Assembly: GCA_963718665.1 (NCBI GenBank)
Contig: OY970359.1
Span: 832,001 to 896,000, forward strand
From: an uncultured Phycisphaerales bacterium
GTDB taxonomy: Bacteria; Planctomycetota; Phycisphaerae; Sedimentisphaerales; Anaerobacaceae
DNA length: 64,000 nucleotides
Reading direction: 5' to 3'
Positions 55,542-63,992 of the stretch are shown one piece after another; position 1 is the first letter of the stretch; each line of letters opens with the position of its first letter. Under the pieces are notes generated by a model that was not told the DNA's origin, ran no database searches, and saw only the letters and a list, made by a program, of their open reading frames with translations. Position numbers and translations under genes: made by a program.

Positions 55542-55775
55542 TAGCCCCCAGTCCTGTGCTGGGGGTCATCCAAATAATATTTAGCCTCGGTATTTATGCC
55601 GGGGTTACTTTATTGCCGGGTCATAAATCCATTCCCTTCCGAATCCGTACTTAGCCCTGTCATCTTCGCCCTCCTGCCCTCGAATGTTTTTGTCGGGGGT
55701 GGCGAGTGGCAGGGTTACCCAATGAACGCACACCTTGTGAGCGTTTGTATATAGCCCCGGTCTCTGGCCGGGGGA
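55542..55775. repeat. cluster of four TAGCC(C/T)-headed REP-like hairpins
   Basis: Copies at 55542-66, 55582-606, 55652-716 (with nested insert), 55752-75. Confidence 0.75.
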
Positions 55776-55844
55776 CAATCGCGAGGTTCGCTTTCTTTTA
55801 ATCGCGGCTTTGCACGCGATTTGCCTGGTTCGGAAGGGGCCGCG

Positions 55845-56384
55845 TTATAAACATGAAGTAACCATTGCATAATTGCCTGTGTCTGGTTTTCCCATATAAT
55901 GGTTGTTACCTATGTCCTGGACTAATCTGCCGAGAGGCAGGCAATGCACGGTTCTTTGCGATACAGGCATAGCATTTATTATAAACAGACCTGCCAGAAC
56001 GTGCTTTAAAGAATCGTTGGCGACGGGCAGAGCGCACCTTCCGGTATCATAAGCAAATTTTAGAATCGGCTCATCTTTGCGAAATTGCCGAGCCATGGCA
56101 TAAGCCAAATCGAATTTGCCTTTTAAAAGACATCTTAAGTACGCCTTTGATAGGCCGTTTTTACCCGACATTAATTCATCGCGGTAAACCTGCGCGTAGA
56201 ATTTTAATATATGACTTAGGGGAATCATGTTCTGGGCTTGTTCGGACCAGGGCATGAATGACAAGGACGTAAAATGAATCCAGAACGCCTCTTCTTTTGT
56301 GTAGCCATAACTCATTAGCCGGTTCGTTTGGTTGCGATAGGTGTCGTATAAGCAATCTACCGCATCTGACAGATAACTTACCAT
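55845..56384 (-). CDS. hypothetical protein
   Basis: 179-aa ORF with AAGGAA RBS, divergent from the GHKL operon, AT-richer than core genes. Confidence 0.6.
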   Translation of the reverse strand: MVSYLSDAVDCLYDTYRNQTNRLMSYGYTKEEAFWIHFTSLSFMPWSEQAQNMIPLSHILKFYAQVYRDELMSGKNGLSKAYLRCLLKGKFDLAYAMARQFRKDEPILKFAYDTGRCALPVANDSLKHVLAGLFIINAMPVSQRTVHCLPLGRLVQDIGNNHYMGKPDTGNYAMVTSCL

Positions 56385-56580
56385 AGTATATATTCCTTAT
56401 TCACGGTTTCTTTTACGTTTAGCGAAAACATCTGTTTATATAACCGGCCATTGTTCAGGTGATGTTAGTATCTCGTTATTTTTTGTATAGTTAAAGGCAA
56501 CACTTGATTGCCAATTTAAACCACAGATTTCACGGATTTCACGGATTTTTTGCTTTCCTAATAAAAAGAATTGTTTTACA

Positions 56581-56605
56581 TAAGTCCTTTTTTATTAAGA
56601 TGTTA
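56581..56605. promoter_or_regulatory. 9-7-9 inverted repeat site (recombinase-core-like)
   Basis: TAAGTCCTT-TTTTATT-AAGATGTTA; related sites at 63706, 63846, 63968. Confidence 0.55.
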
Positions 56606-56660
56606 CGGCTACGTGTGATCGCACGCCTCAAAAATTTCATAAAATATAACGAAAATGCGC

Positions 56661-56689
56661 TTGACAAAATATAATGGATATGTTATAAT
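56661..56689 (+). promoter_or_regulatory. perfect-consensus sigma70 promoter
   Basis: TTGACA-17 nt-TATAAT with extended -10 TG; AAGGAG RBS before ATG 56732. Confidence 0.85.
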
Positions 56690-56731
56690 ATGCACCATAA
56701 TAGAGTATAATGATTTTAAGGAGTATCAAGA

Positions 56732-57319
56732 ATGAAGGTTTTGGAGATACTGAAAAGGACTGAGGAAGAATTAAGAGAAGCGATGGCGGAGGCCGCTCGC
56801 GCCGGTGAATACCGCGATGTTGATATATGTCGCAGCGTTGCCGTAAATATCAAGGAATTGTGCGAACGGATTTCCGGGGATGGAATTAAATCTTCGAAAT
56901 TAACAGAAGAAAAAGAGGGACCTGCAAGCAGAAAAGAACAAAAGAAAGTTGCCAGACGCGGTAAGCCGGAAGGATTGCCAAGAATAGAAATACGGAAAGG
57001 TTCACTTTATAGAATAGGTTGGTCAAAAAAACAGAAAGAGGAATACGAACATAAAGTCCCGCGTACGGCATTTGACACAATAGTAAACACAATGTCTGCA
57101 CTGGCAAAGGAAGGAAGAGGACCTTTTATGGCAGAGGCGATAATTGAAAAAATAAGCGCTACAACAGAGGATTCTATGCCGGCATACCAAGTTTATGTGG
57201 TTTTAGCGGCACTACGTGAATGGAACTTAATCAGCCAAGTTGGACGAGAGGGATACAATATTCCGACGGATGTTGCAGAAAAGGCACAAAACAAGTGGTC
57301 GGAACTGATAGGTAAATAA
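56732..57319 (+). CDS. hypothetical protein, N-terminal helical part plus possible C-terminal winged helix
   Basis: 195 aa; PFMAEAII...PAYQVYVVLAALREWNLISQVGREGY helix-helix-wing pattern (inferred). Confidence 0.72.
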   Translation: MKVLEILKRTEEELREAMAEAARAGEYRDVDICRSVAVNIKELCERISGDGIKSSKLTEEKEGPASRKEQKKVARRGKPEGLPRIEIRKGSLYRIGWSKKQKEEYEHKVPRTAFDTIVNTMSALAKEGRGPFMAEAIIEKISATTEDSMPAYQVYVVLAALREWNLISQVGREGYNIPTDVAEKAQNKWSELIGK

Positions 57320-57350
57320 TCAAGGATTTTGAAAAGGGAGGAATCCTAAA

Positions 57351-59723
57351 ATGAATACAAAAGAACTTTGTTTGAGATTGGCAAAAGCCGAATCTGAACA
57401 GGATGTATCAACAATAATAAACAATCATCCAATCTTATCAAAGCAAGAAAATTGGAAACACTACGGTGATGTGGCCAATAATATAGGCACTATTAATGGC
57501 CAAAATCCTGAGCCAGTTCCTTCTCTAATAGAAAAAATTACAAATTCAATCGACGCACTTCTGATTAAAAAATGCTTAATGAAAGGTGATGACCCAAAAT
57601 CTTCTGCCCAATCTATTGGAGAGGCATTGGAGAAATATTTTAGTATTAATGACGCGAAGTACATAGATATGAAAGATTCTCAAAGGAGGGACTTGGCGTC
57701 AAATATTCAAGTCATCGCAGAAGGTTCCCTTGATAAACCCAATATTATAATTGCAGATTCAGGTGAAGGGCAGAATCCACAGGATTTTCCTAATACTTTT
57801 GTCTCATTGAATAAAAAAAATAAGAACGACATATTTTTTGTTCAGGGTAAATACAATATGGGAGGAACAGCAACATTACCGTTCTGCGGAGATAATAGGT
57901 ATCAACTTATCATATCACGAAAAAGTTGGCCAATTAATCAAAACAATAAATACGGCTTTACCTTAGTTAGACGTAATAGGGGGACAGGAGAACATGTAAA
58001 ATGTTCCTGGTATGAATACTGTGTTGATAACGGAAAAATATTTGAATTTGATAGTAGCCCTTTAGAACTCGGATTATTTGGGAAAAAGTTTGAATATGGC
58101 ACCTATATTAAACTCTATAATTATGGTTTAACAAACCCTTCAGATATAACTCTCGATTTATGGCGAGAACTTAACAGATATCTTTATAAACCCGCTCTCC
58201 CCATTTTGTTATTTGAAAGGAGATATGAAAAGGGACGTTATGAGAAGGGTAGAACTCCTACAAAAGTGATGCATGGCAACAGAATGCGTTGTTTTCTTGA
58301 TGATCGCGAAAACGTTGAGAACAAATTTCCAATAAATATAGAATCAGATGACGTTAAATATCCAGGAGAAATATTTGTTTTTAATCGAGATGTTTCGACA
58401 AGGGAATTTATACGAGATATGGCATTAACTTTTTCTGTAAATGGACAGGTGCAACATTCAATAAACAACAGTTTCATAAGCCAGGAATTGAAAAAAGCAT
58501 ACTTAAAAGGCCATATATTAATAAATATCGATTGTTCGGATATGCCAAGAGAACTCCATGAAGATATATTTATGTCCTCGCGATCACAAATGCGAAATAT
58601 AGCTCAATATAGGAATCTGGTTGATAATATTATTAAAGAACTCAAAGATAATGAATACCTTACGGCCCTCGATGAAGAATGGAGAAAAGACCAGATATTC
58701 AAGAATCCTAAGGATGAAAGTTTTTTGAAAAACATAGTCGGCAAGTTATTAAAAGATGACAAGGAAATAGAAAAACTTTTAGGTTTCAACGGTGGGATAA
58801 TCAGCAGCGAATTAACCAAAGTGAAAAAATATATTGAGACCAAACGAGAAAAATTTACAGGGAAAAAATATCCTGCAATTTTTAGGTTCACAAACCTGCA
58901 ACAAGGCAAATACAAAATGCTTCCTCAGAACGGCGAATGTAAGATAAATATCGAAACTGACGTAGAAAATGAATATTTGATGCGTCCTCATGATAAAGGA
59001 GAATTGAAAATAAAAATTTTGAGGCCCCGTTCTGGAATTGAACCTGGTCCAGGCCCTCATCATCCAGCTAATTACGAAGATAGCATTGACGTTAATGTCG
59101 TGGGGCCTAATGAGGGATCAATTAAATTGAGAATAAAACCCAAAAATCCGATTCCGGTGGGCGCACGGATACCTATAGATATTGAAATGAGCTCTCCTGA
59201 TGGGCCACATCACTTAATTGCCGAAGTAGTTATTGATAAACCGCATAACAACTCGAATGAAAAAACTGTCGAAAAGAAAAAAGAATATTCTTTGCCCGAG
59301 CTAATAGAAGTATATAGGGAGAAAAAGGAAAATTGTAAATGTTGGGCAGATTACGAATGGAACGAGACAGATATTTGCCGTATACAGGAATCTAGTCAGG
59401 AAGGTACGCTAATCGATTTTGTCGCAATCAATATGGAATCTCAAGAACTCGACAAGTTTGTCAGATCGAAAAAACTTGAAGGGAAAAAGATAGAGATTGC
59501 ACAACGAACGTATAAAATCTCCGTTTACTTGATATCGTTAGTAATATTTTATGAGCTAGACCAGAAGATAAAAAAGAACCAAGAAACAAACAGATATTCT
59601 GATGATAAATTAAATTACAATCCAATTGAAATGACATCCTATGTGATGAAGGGATTAGCTAAGATTCTTTTGCATGTAATGGCAAATGAAACTTTACTGA
59701 AGGAAATCGAAGATTTGGATTAA
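57351..59723 (+). CDS. GHKL (Hsp90/MutL/MORC-type) ATPase domain protein, 790 aa
   Basis: LIEKITNSIDA (N box), IADSGEG (G1), QGKYNMGG (G2), GTYIKL (G3); GGGAGG RBS; about one third GC in a sampled line. Confidence 0.82.
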   Translation: MNTKELCLRLAKAESEQDVSTIINNHPILSKQENWKHYGDVANNIGTINGQNPEPVPSLIEKITNSIDALLIKKCLMKGDDPKSSAQSIGEALEKYFSINDAKYIDMKDSQRRDLASNIQVIAEGSLDKPNIIIADSGEGQNPQDFPNTFVSLNKKNKNDIFFVQGKYNMGGTATLPFCGDNRYQLIISRKSWPINQNNKYGFTLVRRNRGTGEHVKCSWYEYCVDNGKIFEFDSSPLELGLFGKKFEYGTYIKLYNYGLTNPSDITLDLWRELNRYLYKPALPILLFERRYEKGRYEKGRTPTKVMHGNRMRCFLDDRENVENKFPINIESDDVKYPGEIFVFNRDVSTREFIRDMALTFSVNGQVQHSINNSFISQELKKAYLKGHILINIDCSDMPRELHEDIFMSSRSQMRNIAQYRNLVDNIIKELKDNEYLTALDEEWRKDQIFKNPKDESFLKNIVGKLLKDDKEIEKLLGFNGGIISSELTKVKKYIETKREKFTGKKYPAIFRFTNLQQGKYKMLPQNGECKINIETDVENEYLMRPHDKGELKIKILRPRSGIEPGPGPHHPANYEDSIDVNVVGPNEGSIKLRIKPKNPIPVGARIPIDIEMSSPDGPHHLIAEVVIDKPHNNSNEKTVEKKKEYSLPELIEVYREKKENCKCWADYEWNETDICRIQESSQEGTLIDFVAINMESQELDKFVRSKKLEGKKIEIAQRTYKISVYLISLVIFYELDQKIKKNQETNRYSDDKLNYNPIEMTSYVMKGLAKILLHVMANETLLKEIEDLD

Positions 59724-59765
59724 GAAAATAGACCCCGACCAATTTTCCCCCGCCCAGTTTTCCCT

Positions 59766-59842
59766 TTCTAACTTCTTACTTCTAATTTCTCACTTCTAAA
59801 TTCTTACTTCTAAATTTTTGCCTTTTACTTTTTGATTTTTGA
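59766..59842. repeat. heptamer array TTCTNAN grading into TTTTTGA
   Basis: ttctaac ttcttac ttctaat ttctcac ttctaaa ttcttac ttctaaa tttttgc cttttac tttttga tttttga. Confidence 0.85.
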
Positions 59843-59851
59843 TTTGAAAAA

Positions 59852-62587
59852 CTACACCACCGGGTACCCCAGTATCCTCTCATACGCCCCAAGGTATCCA
59901 GCCATCATTTTATTAAGGCCCCAGTTATTCCGGGCGTCTCTCATAATTCTTTTCACCTGTTTTTCCCATTCGGCCTGGTCTTTCCTGAAGAACCTGTGGT
60001 TCTGCACGGTCAATTCCAGCCCATACCACAGGCCGCCCGCATCGTAATTCTCGAAAAGCACGCCATTGCCCACGTCCTCCACCCCGCCCATTTTCCTCAA
60101 CTGCAAGGGCACAATTTTATCATGAAACCCGCCCGTATTGCGGTTCGTCGCTGTCGCGCCGAACAGGTTCCCCACCAAATCAATCTGGCCGAATGGCTCA
60201 TACAGCGATGCCCCGAAAACGTCGCTTGCCGCCGCGTAACCCAGTGTGCTGAGGTCATCATTAAAAGGCCAATAGGTGATTTTACCGCCCGATGCGCACG
60301 CGATTTTCCCCAGGATATCCGCGTCGTTCCTGTCGTCGCCCACGGGGTTTCCGACGACCGCGATTTGAACGTCCGGATGCTCGATTACAAACCTCAAAGC
60401 GATATCTTCGAGCAGCTCGATTCCCTTCTGAACGCGGTCCAGCCGGCTTGGCCAATACAGTAAAATCACTTCCGGGTCAACTTTCAGACCCGTTTTCTTC
60501 TGGAATTTGACCAGATTGAGCTTTTTCGCTTCGATAACGTGGTCGTTTATCCCGAATGTTTGTGCGAGTCCCGGCTTATCAACCTCCGCGTTTTCTTCCT
60601 GGTTTTCCGGATATACTGAGGGCGATATCCCGTTGGGGATTGAAAATGCGCAGCCATATCGGTATTTGGCTTTGGTTTCTTTCCTGACGCTCCACGGTAT
60701 GAAGTTCCTGTCTAAGAAGTAATCCTCGATTGTTTCCGCAAGGAACCGGTCGCCTACGTAGTTGACCAGCGCCGCATTTTTTATCGCGCTGGCCTGGCAA
60801 TCGACACATTCCCTGCCGAAGTCGCTGGCGATATATAAGTTGCTCCACAGCTCGCTTAAATTCACCCCGCCAAACATCTCCAGCGGTATATACCCCGTAT
60901 GACTGTTATGTAAAGTGTGAAGGACGGGGATGCTGCGGAGTTTGGCGAAGGCGGTGATGATGCCGCCCGCCATCCAGTCGTGGGAATGAATAATTCCCCT
61001 GCCCTCGTGCTTTGAGAGGATTTCGCCGATGAGGAAGCGTTTAATCTGCCTCTGGAACTCCGCGGCGGTCGCGCGAGGGTCGCCATCGTAGGCGCTCATA
61101 TAATTTTCGAAGAGGGAGGAATCGACCATTTTTATTTTGTCGCGGGGCAGGTGGTATAAATTCTCGATGTACTCCTCTTTGCTCATCCCCGAATGCTCCA
61201 TAAACTTTCTCTGGAGATTGAGCGTGATAATGTAGGTCCTGACGCCCCTGTTGGAAAGCCCCCTGCATAAGGCGGCAACCACTTCGCCCATACCGCCTGA
61301 TTTGCCGGAGACGTATTGTGCGAAATCGCCCAGACCCTTGGTGGGCAGGCGGTCAGTTTCGGGGCTGATGATAATGACGGGGGTCCGGGTGTGTTTTTTC
61401 AGGATAGTGAATTTTTCGAGAGACCTGGCGAGCATCCAGATTTTGTCGGTAATGGTGCGGACGGTTTCACCTATTGTGCCATAGGGGCTGAAATAGGAGT
61501 GGACTGCCTGGTCTGAGCCGGTGCTTTCGTGGAGGAAATAGAGATGGTCCGAGGTGGTGAGGTGTCGCCATTTGGTTAATAACTCGCCGCCCGCGGTTTT
61601 GGCTTTTTTTTCGAGGGCCTGGATGCGGGAGAAGAATTCCTGCTGGGTATTATTGCCCAACCAGCCAAAGGTGTCTCTGGCGGCGTCGGCCCAGGAGGAG
61701 GTCGATAAGCCGTGGATATCGACGACGGGGCAATCGGCGGTTTTGAACAGTTCGGCAACCTCGGTGGGGTTTGCCATTCTGACGCTTTGGTATTTTGCCA
61801 GCTCACTGGGGAGCTTTTTCCAGAATTCGAAGATGCCTTTGTCTTCCCAGATATGTTCGCCGATGTGCTCATAGTCGTAGCCGAGGAGGACGGCTTCGCC
61901 GTCGATTCCGGCAATGTGTTTGGCGTAAAGCTCGGCGGGGACGGGCGTATGCGGAAATCTGAAAGCGATGTCATCGGAAAGCTCCCTGTTGCGGGGGATG
62001 ACGATGAGATTGCCTGTTTTTGCGCGGAAGACGGCGTTTGGTGAGACGAGTTTGCCGTTTTTGCGGCCGAACATATCGTTGCGTTTCTCGCAGAGCATCG
62101 CCTTATATCCCATATCGGCGACGACGTAGGCGATATCGTTATTGAACATCAGCTCGGTGTTTCTGAAAGAGGCGGGCTTGATGCCGAAGAGGTCTTCCAT
62201 TTTGCCCCTGTGGAGGGCGACCTGGTCTCTGAATTCCTGCCTGTGCACATCGGCGAACAGGCTGGAGAGGGAGTGATAATAAGTTTCTTCGAGGAACTCG
62301 ACCTGATTTCTGCTTTTGCCCGCGGTGAGCAACTGCTGAAGGCAGGTGATTACTTCGGGCTCATACATTTGCGCCTGTTCGAGGAACGTGCCGGACATAC
62401 TTAAGGTGATTTTGAATTTGGGATTTTCCTCGATGAGTTTGGTGAACATCATTGTCGCGGGCAGATAGCATTTGTGGGAGACCTTTTCAAATACCTGTTT
62501 GTTCATCTCGTCCCAGATGAACTTTTCCCTGGACGGGTGCAGCCGAAACGGCTGGTGCAGTTGAAAATAAAATGTCGCTATGGGCAT
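59852..62587 (-). CDS. GH57 alpha-amylase-like domain fused to glycogen/starch-synthase-like glycosyltransferase
   Basis: GH57: FQLHQP, ETYYHSL, FRNTEL, DYEHIGEH, SSWAD, TSDHLY; GT: KSGGMGEV, HSHDW, IPNGI, SRLDRVQKG, SLYEPFG, TGGFHD; own RBS (AGGGACAGGAAA) before ATG 62587. Confidence 0.88.
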   Translation of the reverse strand: MPIATFYFQLHQPFRLHPSREKFIWDEMNKQVFEKVSHKCYLPATMMFTKLIEENPKFKITLSMSGTFLEQAQMYEPEVITCLQQLLTAGKSRNQVEFLEETYYHSLSSLFADVHRQEFRDQVALHRGKMEDLFGIKPASFRNTELMFNNDIAYVVADMGYKAMLCEKRNDMFGRKNGKLVSPNAVFRAKTGNLIVIPRNRELSDDIAFRFPHTPVPAELYAKHIAGIDGEAVLLGYDYEHIGEHIWEDKGIFEFWKKLPSELAKYQSVRMANPTEVAELFKTADCPVVDIHGLSTSSWADAARDTFGWLGNNTQQEFFSRIQALEKKAKTAGGELLTKWRHLTTSDHLYFLHESTGSDQAVHSYFSPYGTIGETVRTITDKIWMLARSLEKFTILKKHTRTPVIIISPETDRLPTKGLGDFAQYVSGKSGGMGEVVAALCRGLSNRGVRTYIITLNLQRKFMEHSGMSKEEYIENLYHLPRDKIKMVDSSLFENYMSAYDGDPRATAAEFQRQIKRFLIGEILSKHEGRGIIHSHDWMAGGIITAFAKLRSIPVLHTLHNSHTGYIPLEMFGGVNLSELWSNLYIASDFGRECVDCQASAIKNAALVNYVGDRFLAETIEDYFLDRNFIPWSVRKETKAKYRYGCAFSIPNGISPSVYPENQEENAEVDKPGLAQTFGINDHVIEAKKLNLVKFQKKTGLKVDPEVILLYWPSRLDRVQKGIELLEDIALRFVIEHPDVQIAVVGNPVGDDRNDADILGKIACASGGKITYWPFNDDLSTLGYAAASDVFGASLYEPFGQIDLVGNLFGATATNRNTGGFHDKIVPLQLRKMGGVEDVGNGVLFENYDAGGLWYGLELTVQNHRFFRKDQAEWEKQVKRIMRDARNNWGLNKMMAGYLGAYERILGYPVV

Positions 62588-63424
62588 TTTCCTGTCCCTT
62601 TTTACCGCAGAGACCGCAGAGCACGCAGAGATTTTATATATTTTATCTGCGGGCTTACAATACTCGGCAGTAAATACGGCCTTTTGCCTTAATTTATCGA
62701 CTTTATCATTAACGATTATCCCTATCAGGCCAGCAACGCGCTCCGAACGCAGCCGAACAGGTTTAACCAAACGAGCTATACAGCCCATAATGATTATAAT
62801 CCAATATCGCAAAAAACGCAAAGGAATTGGGCTTTGCGGGGACTTTGTTAAAATGGGGAAATTCAAAGAAGCAAACTCGCCGTGATATTTAAGAGCGGCA
62901 ACATTATAGGCCTTTGCGGCGTCAAACTCGGAATCGAATGTTCCCAATCTTATTTTTTTGCCCTCAAACTGGATTTGAGCGCACCATTTGTGGCTCCGTT
63001 TGATGAAATAGACACCCTTAAATTTAGAAGAAGTGTTTTTTCTTTTTCGCAGATTGCAGCAATTCTGAAAATGAGTTGCGAGGCGAAGATTGGCCCTGCG
63101 ATTGTCGAGGGGGTCGTGGTTTCTATGGTCAACGAGAAGGCCCGGAGGGGGATTCATAATTTCCCTGTGTAGGCGGATGTTTTTAGTTTTGCCCGGGCCA
63201 ATTTTAACAATCCGAGCGGCATAGAATTTTTCTCCGCATCCATTGATGACCCACTTGAGGTTGCCGAGGCGGTAGTAAATGTCGAGGTCAACAATGGTCC
63301 AGTACCCTTCGCCGAGATAGATACAGCGGAAGGTGTAGCCGAAGCGGAGAAGGCGATAGAGCAACAGGGGACAGGTGAAAATGAGGTCGAGACAATTTGG
63401 AACTTTGATTTGAATGGTTGACAT
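62588..63424 (-). CDS. HNH-AP2 endonuclease domain (no stop before downstream GH57 gene)
   Basis: RLHREIM...VDHRNHDPLDNRRANLRLAT..QN..N (HNH), SKFKGVY...WCAQI..GKKIRLGTFDSEFDAAKAYN..A..YHGEFASLNF (AP2); GAGGAG RBS. Confidence 0.85.
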
Positions 63425-63705
63425 AATCTCCTCTTCCTTAAATCAAAAATTAAATATAAAAAAGTAAAAATGCGGAAACATTTCGGTAGGCACTTTCGCC
63501 AGCCGAACAACACAGATATTTTTGAGTTTCTGAAGCAGGCCCTGCGCTTCGCTACGTGTTGCATTGTCTTTTTGCATTTTACATTTTGATTTTTAATATC
63601 AGTTGTGCCTGCCCGCCTGAGTTACCCACAAGGTCCCTCTATCCTATGGCGCAACTTGCGCGGTTTTAACGAAAACGAGGAATTTCCTGATATGCCTAAA
63701 AACGG

Positions 63706-63992
63706 TAAGTCCTTATGAAATAAAGAGTAAAAAAATTTTAAGATTTTTGAATCTAAGGGTTTTCGACTTGCGCGAAAATGGTGAACAGTTGTATCATACA
63801 ATTGTATCAAACAACTGTATCAAAAGACTGTTCGCATCCAGAATTTAAGCCGTTTATTTGGAAGGAGTTACAGCAAAAATGGCCACGGAAAAAGAGCGGT
63901 TTTTAAGCCACGAAAAGGCACAAAAAACAAGGTCTTAACCACAGATTTCACAGATGACACTGATTTGTAACTACTTATATTAACCGGCCTTA
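63706..63992. promoter_or_regulatory. three 9-7-9 inverted-repeat sites plus 3x13-nt direct repeat
   Basis: Sites 63706-30, 63846-70, 63968-92; CAGTTGTATCATA CAATTGTATCAAA CAACTGTATCAAA at 63786-824. Confidence 0.6.

Noticed and set aside
55542..55775. CRISPR array
   Set aside because: Hairpins differ in sequence and length, spacing is irregular (15, 45, 35 nt), and no cas genes are present
55795..55850. Integron attC-like site after the 179-aa gene (TAAC at stop, GCGGC/GCCGC stem)
   Set aside because: No proper GTTRRRY end or L boxes, single instance, no IntI
62588..63424. Group I intron or intein hosting the HNH-AP2 domain
   Set aside because: The domain is at the ORF N-terminus with its own RBS, no split host gene, no intein C/S...HN motifs and no intron core visible
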